Below, piece after piece: positions 50,606-64,000 of a stretch of 64,000 nt of DNA (position 1 is the first letter of the stretch; every line of letters begins with the position of its first letter). Both the position numbers and the translations under genes were made by a program. The DNA comes from Octopus sinensis (Eukaryota), in the NCBI RefSeq assembly GCF_006345805.1, contig NC_043008.1, positions 64,294,001 through 64,358,000 of the forward strand, written 5' to 3'. The notes under the pieces are model-generated. The model made no database searches and was not told the origin of the DNA. It saw only the letters and a list, made by a program, of their open reading frames with translations.

Positions 50606-52105
50606 TATTTCTACTTTGTTAAGACGTTCTTCTCAATGAGCAAGCTACTATAACATTCATAATTATTAAAACAAAAATTTTAATTCTGGTCATAGAGTTA
50701 CCCAAGGTTTCATATCTATGAAAGTCAAAGCCACGTGGATGGCTCGTCAGACTATACAAAGACAAAAAATTGAAACTTTCCACCACATGTACATAAGGAA
50801 ATGCTCAGAGATTAAGATTTAAGACCTAACATAAAAATGTGTATGAGAACGGGTTGTCTCCCATGGACAAGAGGATTAAAACAACCCATTCAGACCCAAA
50901 AATGCTTAACCTGCAAACAGGGAGGTCCAATTTTCCAGTAGCTAGTGCTTCAAGTGGATACATTTAAAGAAAACTTCTTTATGATTATTTAATGCGCCAG
51001 GTTTAATATAGTCCTTAAGAATTTTGGTTCTCTGTTCAATGTAGATTTTGCAGTGGCCACTGCCATTAATATATGGGCATGGATGAACTATTATTATCCA
51101 CCTGATATCACATGGGGTCCCTTAATCTTTGATATGACACACATGATGGGCCAGTGATGTGACAAACTGTCTTTCTGGGACTCTCAAGAATGAATGGTGG
51201 TTGCGGAAGTGCTGCTTGAAAGATGTACTGGCTGATACGATATATTTACAAACCAAACTTCAGATGTGGCTATATTCACACTCCTGGTATATCTCTGGTA
51301 GGCTCAGGGCCTGGGGATGCTGTTGGTAATATCGTTGCTGATGTTGTCAGTATGATGCAATGATCCAGCAGCATTATCGTCATGGTTATCATTTCTGGTC
51401 ATATTTAGCTGCCGGCCTTAGTGTGGGTGCAGCTGGTGGTAACATATGGTGTGGGGCCAGTCGTCCCATTAGTGTCAATGATAATTGTTTGGTCATCATG
51501 TGTGGTTGTAGTAGTGGAAATGCTGGATACCTCCTCTGTGTCACTGATCGAATTAGTCATCATCTTTTGGTGTGGCAATTGTACTGGTGATAACATATGG
51601 TGTAGGGCTGGTCACTATATTGGTGTTGATGGTAATGGTTTGTTCATCATCTGTGGCAGTGGTTTTTATATGTTAGGTCTTAAATCTTGATATCTGAACA
51701 TTTCCCCATGTCTGCCTGGTAGAATCTTTGGAGCTTTTTGTCTTTGTACAGAGTCTGCTAAGCTTTCCACAAGGCTTTGGCTTTTGTGAATATGAAACCT
51801 TTGGTAAATATATGATCAGAATTTTTATCTTTATTTTAATATATGTGTGTGCGTGTGTGGTTGTGTGTGTGCATATACATCAATCTATATTGCACTCTCT
51901 CTCTATTTAACTATTTATCTGACTGTCTCTCTGCCTCACTTTCTGTGTGTATGTATGTATGTAAGTATGTATGTATGTATGTATGTATGTATGTATGTAT
52001 GTAGTATGTATGTATGTATGTATGTATGTATGTATGTTTGTATGTATGTATGTGCATATGCATATATATGTGTATATATATTTATACACACACATATGTA
52101 TATAC

Positions 52106-52154
<49 letters not shown>

Positions 52155-52163
52155 TGCATTATA

Positions 52164-52203
<40 letters not shown>

Positions 52204-52568
52204 GAGAGAGAGAGAGAGAGAGATATACTCATTTACATATATACATGCATATACTGTGTCTTTCTGTCTATGCATACAGTCACATGTGAGCATATTTATA
52301 TAAATTCTTTACCAATATATCATTCAGTAAATGTTGTAGCGTTTCATTGTTCTTCTTCTGCATTTTCAGTTTTTCTGCTGCTTTTGTATAGAATTTGCTT
52401 CCTTCTCAAGTTGATTTCTGGCAGTTGAAGTAGGAATTAATGAAAAAGAAGATCAATGGAAAATATTGAAGCTGGAGAAAAACTGAAGAGGCAAAGTCAG
52501 AGGGGATGGATAGGCAAAACATAACGGTGTAGGGGAAGTAAAATACAACAATGTAAATAAAGGAATGG

Positions 52569-52621
<53 letters not shown>

Positions 52622-53038
52622 ATCGTGATGGTGATGATGATGATGATGATGATGATGATATAGAGGAGGAGGATAAAAATTAATGCTTAATAATAAATTG
52701 AATTTTCTCTTATCGAATTATTGATCAGTTTCCAAGCATATAGTCCATGGATCTTGAGGCTACATGGAAGGATAATATAGTTTAGATTTAAAGAGGAAAT
52801 GACAAGTGATGCTAATATATATATGTATGTATATGTATATGTGTGTGTGTGTGTGTGGTGCTTGTGTGTGTGTGTGTGTGTGTGTATGCACACATGCACA
52901 AATATATAAATACTGATGCATATATATGTATATGTATTCTTGTAAATGTATAAGTATTTATGTACAAATCTATATCAATGCACACATACATATATACATA
53001 TACATTTATATATATATATATATGTATATATAATATAT

Positions 53039-53072
<34 letters not shown>

Positions 53073-53107
53073 CATATATACATACATATATATATATGTT
53101 TACATAC

Positions 53108-53140
<33 letters not shown>

Positions 53141-54079
53141 ATATATATATATATACATATATATATATATTCACTCACACACATACTTGCATACATACAT
53201 ACATTCATATGCACAAGTGTAAACTCATGCATATATAATATTTGTGAGTATCATAGATTTTTTTTTTATTTATCTGTATTTCTATGTTTTTTGTTTGGGT
53301 TTTTTTTTTTTATTTTTGCACTGTGGCATTTATTATACCAATTTCCCTAAGCACTTTATGCACTGTCTATGCAATTATTCATATATTTACACATATAACC
53401 AATGACATTCACACACATTAATTCACAAAGATATAAATATGTATAAACATATATATGTGTTTATATGTGTGTATATATGTATATATGAATATACATATAT
53501 ACACACTTATATATGTAAGAATATATACATACACATGAATTTACAAATATATATATATGTATAAATATTTGTATATATAAATATATGTGTATATACATGT
53601 ATAGTGGCATATATATCTATATACATATATATGTACATATATATTTATTGTGTGTATGTGTATGTGTATATATATATCTATGTGTGTGTGTGTGTGTATA
53701 TGTATATATGTTTGTGTGTCTGTTTGTGTGTGTGTAGAGTGAGAAGGAAAGAAACAGACAGACAGACAGACAGACAGATAGATAGAGAGATAGATAGAAT
53801 GTACTGAAGAATGCTTAAGTAAGCATGGTGTAGATAGTCACTATGTAGTGTTCAAATTCATTGAAACTTATACTTCATCTCTTTTATCTGTGGAATGTAG
53901 CACTAACATACTATAAGAATGATCTTCATTGAGCGTGAATGGAAGCAAAGAAGAGAGGAAAACCAAAAGAAGGCATAAAGAATGTATACACATGGAACGT
54001 TGCCAAAATAGAGCAACCAAGTCTTATCCTTACAGCTGTTTCACATAAAAAAAATAAATAACTGGTGTTTATATTACTC

Positions 54080-54480
54080 TTTTTACTCTTTTACTTGTTT
54101 CAGTCATTTGACTGCGGCCATGCTGGAGCACCGCCTTTAGTCGAGCAAATCGACCCCGGGACTTATTCTTTGTAAGCCCAGTACTTATTCTATCGGTCTC
54201 TTTTGCCGAACCGCTAAGTGACGGGGACGTAAACACACCAGCATCGGTTGTCAAGCAATGCTAGGGGGACAAACACAGACACACAAACACACACGCACAC
54301 ATATATATACATATATACGACAGGCTTCTTTCAGTTTCTGTCTACCAAATCCACTCACAAGGCATTGGTCGGCCCGGGGCTATAGCAGAAGACACTTGCC
54401 AAAGATGCCACGCAGTGGGACTGAACCCGGAACCATGTGGTTGGTTAGCAAGCTACTTACCACACAGCCACTCCTGCGCC
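54080..54480 (-). mobile_element. SINE family A, young subfamily
   Basis: Shares diagnostic variants (AAGCAATGCTAGGGGGAC, GGCATTGGTCGGCCCGGGGCTATAGCAG) with 31150 and 55205 copies. Confidence 0.9.
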
Positions 54481-55080
54481 TATCATGGATATCATGGATA
54501 TCATGGATATCATGGAATAAAATTAAGACATATTGTAGGTACAATAATATTGTAGGTATCAAAAAATATTGTAGGCAATAATATTACCTACAAATAATAT
54601 TGTGGGCAAGCATGGAATTTGAAAGACTTATGACGTGAAACCTTGTTAGAGAATTGTATTTATAAATATAAATAAGTTGAAAAGGAAGGGACAATTATGA
54701 AGCATAGAGAGGTGGGTAAATTGAGAAACATAAAGGGGAAAATGGGATGAAGATAGAAAAGTGGGTGCGCAGAAGTGAAATTAGTACTTAAAAGATGTCT
54801 GTTAATGATTCCAAGAGAATCAGATAGACAGGCTATCAAAATAGGGAAATAAACTAGGGTAGCAACATCAAAAAGAAAGTCTGGCAAAGAAGAAATTATA
54901 AGTGAGTGACAGAAATGTAGTTGTCAAGCAATGCAGAAGCACAAACAGAGGCTCATCATCATCATCATCATCATCATCATTTAGCGTCCGTTTTCCATGC
55001 TAGCATGGGTTGCAATAAATCATTGTTGTCCCTAGAAGGTAAGAGAAGAAGGAAAGAAACATAGATATCATAAAGAAGCT

Positions 55081-55855
55081 CACATGGTACATAAGTGTGT
55101 CAGTCTTTTTGATTCCTCTTTCTTTCTTTTCTCCTCTTTCTTTCTTTTTCTCCTCTTTGAGTTGTATTTAGAATACAAAATGTACTGTCTCCTCTTTTCT
55201 TTTGAATTCTCTTTTACTCTTTTACTTGTTTCAGTCATTTGACTGCGGCCATGCTGGAGCACCGCCTTTAATCGAGCAACTCGACCCCGGGACTTATTCT
55301 TTTTGTAAGCCCCCCCAGTACTTATTCTATCGGTCTCTTTTGCCGAAATGCTAAGTAATGGGGACATAAACACACCAGCATCGGTTGTCAAGCAATGCTA
55401 GGGGGACAAACACAGACACACAAACAAACACACATACATATATATATATATACATATATACGACAGGCTTCTTTCAGTTTCCGTCTACCAAATCCACTGA
55501 CAAGGCATTGGTCGGCCCGGGGCTATAGCAGAAGACACTTGCCCAAGATGCCACGCAGTGGGACTGAACCCGGAACCATGTGGTTGGTAAACAAGCTACT
55601 TACCACACAGCCACTCCTGCGCCTATTCAATTTTGAAGAAAATTTTTTGATGAAATGTAGTGCAAATATTATACTAAGGATTTTTCATGCAGCGCTGTAT
55701 TTCATCAAAACATTCTTTCCAAAACTGAATGTTTGAAAGAAAAGGGGAGACAGAACATTTTGTATTCTAAATACAACTCAAAGAGGAGAAAATGAAAGAA
55801 AGAGGGAAAAAGAAGGTAAGAGGAATCAAAAAGATGTCCACACGGCACCTGTGTT
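55081..55855. mobile_element. Fold-back element with about 120-bp inverted arms interrupted by a SINE A insertion (55205-55625)
   Basis: 55085-55205 matches the reverse complement of 55737-55850 (CTCCTCTTTGAGTTGTATTTAGAATACAAAATGT). Confidence 0.75.
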
Positions 55856-56032
55856 TTTATTGTTTTTAGATTGTTGAAGAAGTCACCATCTTTAAACCCA
55901 TTCCAATACAATGGTAAATGACAAAATAAATAAATAAATGGTGAATAGGAAGGGGTTCCCCCTTCTCTCTCCCCCTCTCTCTATCTATCTATCTATCTTT
56001 CTTACAGCCTGTCTACCTATATTTCCAACTAT

Positions 56033-56071
<39 letters not shown>

Positions 56072-56213
56072 TATATACATACATACATACATACATATAT
56101 ATATATAATATATATATATTATATATATAATATATATATATATTTGAAAAAATGAATAGAGATGGCTTTTTTGAGGGGATAACTTTAAGTTTAATCATTA
56201 TTTATGTGTATGT

Positions 56214-56247
<34 letters not shown>

Positions 56248-56251
<4 letters not shown>

Positions 56252-57299
56252 ACAAGGTGGGGACCTCCGATTCGAACTGTTACGGAATCCCTCACACACA
56301 GGCCCGTTCGATGCAGCGAATAAGCTACGGAAACTCGGAGAGGAGAGGAGAGATAGGACAACAACAACAACAGCAGCAGCACAGAGGCAATCGAGAGAGA
56401 CACAAAGAGGCAAGGCACAACTGGCTTACATTTAACAACTAGTTTATGAAAATCAATTGTTACAACATCAAAGCATTTAAAGGAAACAACAAATCAATAC
56501 AGGTATACAACAGATCAAAGCATTTAAAGTTGCAGATACAATATAACCGTCCGGTAACGACACAACAAGGTCAATATATCAGCATTTCAAAGGTACACGT
56601 CCGAAGACACAGTTCTATTTCAAAACACATCAACAAATCATATACAGTTCAATGTTCATTATACAATGTTCAAATCACAACACAATTCACGTTACAGTTC
56701 AAAGTCTTTAACGACTACATCAGAGTCCTTCTTTTTCTCTCTCTTTCTTCTTTCTCTTTTTTTTCTTTTACAGTCTCTTTACATCGTAACACGTATCAAT
56801 ACATAATTAAAACCTTTAGTTCCTACTAGAATAGCCAGTGTCCCATATTGTAGTTCCTCTCTAACAGCCGCCTATTCCTCTGTATATATCTCTCTCTGTA
56901 CTGCTAACTCCAACCTGACAAGCCCCTGCATCCCAACCACCTGCCTTGACGACCAAAATCCGACTGTCCGCTTTGACGACCGAATACCGACTGTCCCTAT
57001 CTCACTCCCCTCAATCTGTCTCTTAGCACTTATACTCTCTCTATCCTGCCTGGTCCTATGTCCCTATCTCTATCGGTGCCGCTGCTGTTACTCTCTCATG
57101 ACAGCTCTCAGATCCCTTACTCTGTCTTTCTCACTACTTTCCTCTTCCTCTTCTTCAAGGGTTGTTTAGAACGACCTCTAGTTCACCCGAAAGGGGTCGC
57201 AGGTCCACCCAGAACCGATCAATCCACCTGAATCTGACAGGACAATGGGTTTATCCCAAAAGTAGGTCACAAGCTCTGTCCTTAAGCTGAACCACAACA
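56248..57299 (-). mobile_element. Solo LTR, 1052 bp (Ty3/Gypsy-like, tentative)
   Basis: TGT...ACA termini, ATAT 4-bp duplication on both sides within a (TA)n tract, internal short duplications (56946-56995). Orientation is inferred from a minus-strand TATA-like motif near 56885. Confidence 0.7.
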
Positions 57300-57375
57300 A
57301 TATATATAGCAATATTAAACCTCTGAGCAAAAAGTAAACAGTAGCCTCATGGAATCATGAAGTATATTTGCCAAC

Positions 57376-57465
57376 TAAATGTGGCAGTCCAATAGGGGAC
57401 GATGCTACTGTTGTTTATAGCTATGAACAACAGTAGCATCGTCCTCTATAGGACAGCCACATTTA
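57376..57465. repeat. 90-bp spacerless palindrome
   Basis: TAAATGTGGC...ATAG|CTAT...GCCACATTTA with 4 mismatched pairs. Confidence 0.9.
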
Positions 57466-58379
57466 AGTAGTAAACATACACCACGATATATATATGTGTG
57501 TGTGTCTATATATATATAAACACACACACACATGCACAATTTTGTATTTGCTTTGAAACATTCCTGATGTGAGAATGTATGGAATAATCGGGACAAGATG
57601 AGGCACATCACACAGAGAGTCACTGAAGGTGTCACAGAATATGTGAAGAAAGAACTTTGTCTGATGAACATGCTAAAAATAATATGAATAAAACTAACAT
57701 CAAGATCAAATAAATAGCACATGGCTTTAATTAGCAAAAGGAAAAAAAAAGGACCATCCTCTTGTGTAACAACAAATATTACATACAAACATACATACAT
57801 AAATGCATATATTTGAAAATCAGCAAGTTTTTCAATGGTTTTTGTGGGGCGGAAGTTAACACCCCTATGTGGTTTGCTCCTAATGGACTGTGCCACAATA
57901 TAAATAGACATGTTCAGAGAGTGTGATGAGAGAGCCGATGAGCTGTGTAAAGCTGGGAGATGTGTATTGTTGAGTGTAATTACAAGTATTGTGTATCTTG
58001 AGTAGGATGATTTGCTAGGACATTATTTATCATACTGTTATATCATATATCAAATGTGCAATACAACAGTTTTTCTGTAAGTCTGACAGAGGTAAATGAG
58101 TTTAACCCTAGGCGTCAAGAGTCACTGATAAGGATTAAGATGGTGTACATCGGAATCTGAAATCATGATCTATGTACGCCGTGGAATTACCTCCCTTTGT
58201 CAGTCATTAAGTTCAGTGCTTCTGTGGCTTTCAGAATTCTTTTAACTCTTATTTTTAGCAAAAGAGGCACTAGTCAGTACCCACCATCACTTTGTGACCT
58301 CTGTTAATTTTGCCTTAAGGTTCTAATTGCTAATAAACCATCCTTTTTAATTTATGTATATATTTCTCTTTTTCTTTTT

Positions 58380-58745
58380 TTTTTTTACTTGTTTCAGTCA
58401 TTTTGACTGCGGCCATGCTGGTGCACCACCTTTAATCGAGCAAATCGACCCCGGGACTTATTCTTTGTAAGCCCAGTACTTATTCTATCAGTCTCTTTTG
58501 CCGAACCGCTAAGTTACGAGGACGTAAACACACCAGCATCGGTTGTCAAGCGATGTTGGAGGGACAAACACAGACACACATATATATACATATATACGAC
58601 GGTCTTCTTTCAGTTTCCGTCTACCAAATCCACTCACAAGGCTTTGGTCAGCCTGAGGCTATAGTAGAAGATACTTGCCCAAGGTGCCACGCAGTGGGAC
58701 TGAACCTGGAACCATGTGGTTGGTAAACAAGCTACTTACCACACA
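58380..58745 (-). mobile_element. SINE family A
   Basis: Direct homology. Confidence 0.9.
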
Positions 58746-59173
58746 TGCACAAACACACACGCATATGTATGTATACACATATACATGCACACACATGTAA
58801 GTTGAGTTAAATGCTATGCTAATATTATACATGAATTTATACATGGAAAAAATTACATGTGGTTTGTGTAGGTGGGAAAATAAAGCATGTAAACAATAAA
58901 ATACAAAAGATCACCATGTAGTCTTATCAGAAACAGCATGCAACTAAGTTCACATTTATTTATATAAATAAATAATATAGACATGCATGTCTGTCAGCGT
59001 GTATAGGAGTATGTGCATGGATATGTACATGTTTTGTGTATATATGTATCATGTATGTTTATATATCTCTGTACATATTTAACTAGACACGTGCATATAC
59101 ATACATACATTCATATATATATATATATATATATGTGCATATATGTATATAAGTGTATGTATGTATATATGGC

Positions 59174-59217
<44 letters not shown>

Positions 59218-59474
59218 TGTGTACACACACATGTACACATACATATATATATATATATTATATATATATATATATATACACACATACAAACACACATAAA
59301 TATATATAAAACCATACACTCATTTATACGTACATACGTACATATATTCATGCACATGCACATACACACATATATCTTTATATACGCATGTGTGTATTTG
59401 CATATACTATATATGCACTTGGAACATGAAGACACATGCACAAAAGTGCACACATATATATATATATAAATATG

Positions 59475-59541
<67 letters not shown>

Positions 59542-60211
59542 CCTATATATATATATATGCATAAAAGCCAACATGCCTACTTTAATGCTTTCATACATAA
59601 ATTCATATGTACTGCTATAAATTTTTATTAAGTTTCTGTTGTTGGTTCAGCATTGCAGATAATTCAGATAAAATCATTAACTACAAGGAAATTACAGTTT
59701 TTCTCAAAATGCACAAAATGAGGTTAGTTGGTGTGTTAATGATACATTTATATCACCACTTAATGTTATAGTTAAAACTTAATGTTATGGTTAGAGAAAA
59801 AATGCTTTTCATTGTTAGTTAGCTACTACTGAAATTTTGAAGCATGGAGAAAAAGAAACATTATGATATTCTATGCATATATAACTACTTAAAAAACTTC
59901 TATACAAAAATAGTTTTTTTTTTTTAATTCTTGCATTTCACACGGAAATACATTTGCATATGTGTGTTCGTGCATGTATGATTATATACATATATATATA
60001 TATTGATACATACATACATATATATATATATATAAGTTCAGTAAAAATTTAGATTCAAATGATATCCTTGATGCTTATTTATATATATGTATGTATATAT
60101 ATATATATATATGTATAAATATGCATGCTTAGGGACAAGCATACATATATACATACAAGTATGCATACATCACACAGAAACAAACATATACATAAATACA
60201 TAGATACATAC

Positions 60212-60242
<31 letters not shown>

Positions 60243-60859
60243 ATATATACATACATGTATACATATACATATATATATATATGTATGTATATATGTATAT
60301 ATATAGACATATATATATGCAAATATATATATATATATATGCATATATATATATATGGTTACAGCCTAATGACTTAAGCAAGTAAAAGATAAAAGATACA
60401 AATATATTTTGCGTGGTGCTAACATTATTCATTATAGAACTCATTACTGTGGGCACAGTTGATAGATATGACTTTTAAATCTAGAAATGACAATCTATCT
60501 GAGTTTTCACTCAACAGCTGAATGATCACGAATGCATGCCGTTGAATTTGGGGTACAGTGTTTGAAGGTGTGTAGGAGTTTCTGTGTAGGAGGGTTTGTT
60601 AATTAATATTTCTGAATATAAATTAGAATGAAAGAAAATCTGTGTAAAACACTTTGTTCATGAGTTTGTAAGTTTTTTAAAATGTACATTGATACTTCTT
60701 TTTAAGGTGCATGCTTGTACTGACATCTAGAGTAACTAGCATCTATCTGTGAAGTTGCACACATATTCGCACACATATATGCATAACAATATAGAATTAT
60801 ATACTTTCATACAACGCCATTCATACTAATACACCCACTTCTCTTTCGTACATATAGGC

Positions 60860-61715
60860 ATAAGAATGGTTGAGTGTTGAGAAGATCGCTTCCCAACTAC
60901 ATGATTCCAGGTTCAGTCCCACTGCATGGAACCTTAGGCTAGCATCTTCTACTGTAGCCGCTGGCCAACCAAAGCCTTGTAAGTGGATTTGGTAAACAGA
61001 AACTGAAAGAAGCCGGTGAGCTGGCAGAAATGTCAGCACGCCGGAAAAATGCTTAGCGGTATTTTGTCCACCTTTACGTTCTGTGTTCAAATTCTGCCCA
61101 GGTTGACTTTGCCTTTCATCCTTTCAGGGTCGATATATTAAGTACCAGTTACACACTGGGGTCGATGTAATCAACTTAATCCCTTTGTTTGACCTTGCTG
61201 GTCCCCTCTATGTTTAGCTTCTTGTGGAAAATGAAGAAATGAGAAACTGAAAGAAGCCGATGAGTTTGCAGAAATGTTAGCACGCCGGGAAAATGCTTAG
61301 CGGTATTTTGTTCATCTTTACATTCTGAGTTCAAATTCTGCCCAGGTTGACTTTGCCTTTCATCCTTTCAGGGTCGATATATTAAGTACCAGTTACACAC
61401 TGGGGTCGGTGTAATCAACTTAATCCCTTTGTTTGGCCTTGTTTGTCCCCTCTATGTTTAGCCTCTTGTGGGCAATAAAGAAATGAAAAACTGAAAGAAG
61501 TCCATTGTGTGTGTGCGTGTGTGTGCATGTGTCCCTGTTTTTTCCTCATTGTGTTTACATCCCCATAATGAAGCTGTTTGGTATAATGAGACCGATAGTA
61601 TAAGTATCAGGCTGAACAAAAAATAAGTACTAGATTTCATTCATTCGACTAAAATTTAATTGAAGCAGTGCTCCAGCATGGCTGCAGTCAAATGACTGAA
61701 ACAAGTAAAAGATAA
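60860..61715 (+). mobile_element. SINE A interrupted by two tandem SINE B copies (61015-61240, 61259-61485)
   Basis: GAAACTGAAAGAAGCC occurs three times (60999, 61243, about 61487), flanking and separating the two B copies. Confidence 0.85.
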
Positions 61716-62013
61716 AAGATAGACAAATAAACACTCTTATTTATATAGATATATTCAAAAATTTACTCTAATAGAATTGTAAAGGATGGGTTTTGTTTAT
61801 AGATGTTGTTTGCTTTGCTATAGAAAAGCCTCAAGTGCTTGTTATTCTCATTGTCTACTGTAATAAAAATTAATTTAGGATGGTCAAGATAAAAAGACAA
61901 AAAGTAGTGTGTGTATATATATGTGTGTGTATATATATACACTCACACATACCAACATGTATGCATAAATACGTTTGTATGTATGTATACAGAAATACAT
62001 ACACATATGTATG

Positions 62014-62054
<41 letters not shown>

Positions 62055-62379
62055 GGTGAGAGAAAGAAAGATAAATTGATTCATATGCAGATATATATGT
62101 ATGTGAGTGTATATGTATACTGACACATGTCAATGCACATGCACAAGAATTGTACGCATATATACACACATATAGAAGGAGTGAGTAATTAGAAACGCTG
62201 GATATTTGGGTTAAATAAGGTAAATTATTAGTTTTGGAAAACTTATAAGGTTATTCTTTTGCACGTTTCAGTCAACTGACTGTGGCTATGCTGGAGCACC
62301 ACCTTTAATCAAAGAAATCGAACCCTGGACTTATTCTATGTAAGCATAGTACTTATTCTATCATTCTCCCAATCCTCCT

Positions 62380-63360
62380 CATCCTCCTCATCCTCCTCAT
62401 CCTCATCGTTTAACACCCGTTTTCCATGCTAGCATGGGTTGGGCAGTTCGACTGTTGTCTGGGAAGCCAGGAGGCTGAACAATGCTCCAGTCTGATCTGG
62501 CAGTGTTTCTACAGCTGGATGCCCTTCCTAACGCCAACCACTCCGTGAGTGTAGTGGGTGCTTTTTACGTGACACTGGCACAGGGGCCAGGGGAGGCTGG
62601 CAACGGCCATGATCGGTTGGTGTTTTTTATGTGCCACTGGCACGGGTATCACAACTACAATTTCCATTTGATCTTTAGTTTGATGCTGATGTACTTGACT
62701 CAATAGGTATCCTCAAGCACAGCAGGTTGCCCCACGATCCAAGATAAGCACAGGCTGCCCTGCGATCCAAGGTACTTTGAATGGGCAGGGGCTGGTTGTG
62801 TGAAGCTAGTGTAGGATACAGCCATTAACTCACTTTATTTGTCAGGTCTTCACAGTTACAGCATATCTCCAGAGGTCTTGGTCTTTCGTCATTGCCTCTG
62901 TGAGACCCAACATTCGAAGGTCATGCTTGACCACCTCATCCCATATCTTCCTGGGTCTACCTCTACCCCGGATTCCTTCAACTGTTTGGGAGTGGTACTT
63001 CTTCACACATCTCTCCTCATCCATCCGTAATACATGACCATACCAGCACAAACGTCCCTCTTGCACGCCACATCTGATGCTTCTTATGTCCAACATTTCT
63101 CTCTAGGCGTTTACACTTTGTCGTGTGTGCACACTGACATTACACATCCAGTGGATCCTGCTCGCTTCATTCCTTTCGATCCTACGCATGTCCTTCGCAG
63201 TCACAGCCCATGTTTCACTGCTGTGAAATATGGCAGTTCACACACATGCGTCGTACAATCTATCTTTGTCACCAGTAGGGGTAGAAGATTTCTAAACTTT
63301 GCCCAGGCTATTATTATTCTAGTGGTAACACTCTCTGAGCATCCACCTCCACCACTAACT
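62380..63360 (-). mobile_element. 5'-truncated RTE LINE: ORF C-terminus plus complete 3' UTR
   Basis: VSGGGGCSESVTTRIIIAWAKFRNLLPLL...ETWAV...RLCWYGHVLRMDEERCVKK..GRGRPRKIWDEVVKHDL..VKT* (stop 62842-62844), then UTR to the (GAT/GAG)n tail. Confidence 0.92.
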
Positions 63361-64000
63361 TGAAAATGGGTCGAATACTGGCGGTGAACACGGGTGAAGT
63401 CACGATGGCTGAGACGGTGGTGGCGATACCGCTCCCGAAAAATAACAAGGCGCTGTAATTGGTATGGTGACGGCAGAGATGCTGAAACACGGAGGTCATC
63501 CCATCGTTGAATATCTGACGACCCTCCTAAATGTATGCTGGACGACAGACCGAGTCCCAGAGAATTGGCAACTGGGAGTAATTGTCAGGCTCCCAAAGAA
63601 AGCAAACCTTGTCGATGGCAATAATTGGAGAGGGATTATGCTTTTATATGTCCCTGGAAAGGTCTTCGGGATCATCTTCTTAGGCTGCCTGCAATGGGCA
63701 GTGGATGAGAGGCTCCAAGAAGAACAAGCTGGCTTTTGATGCAGACGGTTATGCAATGAACAAATCTTCATGTTGTGCAACATTATCAAACAAAGCTTGG
63801 AAAATCAGCAATCAATCATTTTCATTGATTTAGTTAAGGCATACACCAGATTTCATTGTGGTGCATCGCTCATAACTTCTGCATTCCCGTGCATTTCATT
63901 GATGCCTTTCGGAGCCTTTACTGTGAGTGTAGATGCTGTGTTCGAACAGACATGGGCTATGCCAACTATTTTGCCATTGAGACCGGTGTACGGCAATGCT
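63361..64000 (+). pseudogene. RTE (BovB-like) reverse transcriptase fragment, runs off the window
   Basis: AEMLKHGG..PENWQLGVIVRLPKK..NNWRGIMLL..GKVF..VDERLQEEQAGF*..CNEQIF..IFIDLVKAY. Confidence 0.9.

Noticed and set aside
56446-56829. 127-aa ORF
   Set aside because: Lies inside the solo LTR, with AT-biased composition and no recognisable motif.
62380-64000. Single twin-primed (5'-inverted) RTE insertion
   Set aside because: The geometry fits, but the plus-strand RT (VDERLQEEQAGF, BovB-like) differs from the RT type I associate with the minus-strand family (SLDEMQFG, seen at 20377-20490). Two different elements are more likely; sequence beyond 64000 would decide.

Overview
AT-rich, microsatellite-saturated eukaryotic DNA, most likely intronic or intergenic sequence of an octopus (inferred from the resident tRNA-derived SINE families and the (TA)n/(CA)n/(TAGA)n load). 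No host protein-coding exon could be supported, and nearly all ORFs in the track are microsatellite artefacts or decayed transposon frames. The window is a dense record of mobile DNA. It holds three mariner lineages: a Mos1-like pseudo-element plus its internally deleted derivative, a near-intact 1292-bp irritans/Bytmar-like element, and an Hsmar1-like 3' half. It also holds RTE and CR1/L2-group LINE fragments, a Penelope-like GIY-YIG fragment, a 1052-bp solo LTR, several MITE/foldback elements, at least four modular SINE types and a tRNA-Ala(AGC) pseudogene. The most interesting signals: (i) several type I hammerhead-ribozyme motifs in short Penelope-pLTR-like repeats, two with well-formed cores (11504-11564 and 14184-14255, minus strand); (ii) the dominant SINE shares its 3' tail, including a covarying hairpin, with a CR1/L2-group LINE 3' end at 44301-44350; (iii) an RTE 3' UTR carrying a variable array of 62-bp units with conserved stems and variable loops; (iv) many long palindromes and closely spaced inverted SINE pairs that could form dsRNA. 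All identifications are by eye; no database search was run, and most repeat boundaries are approximate.
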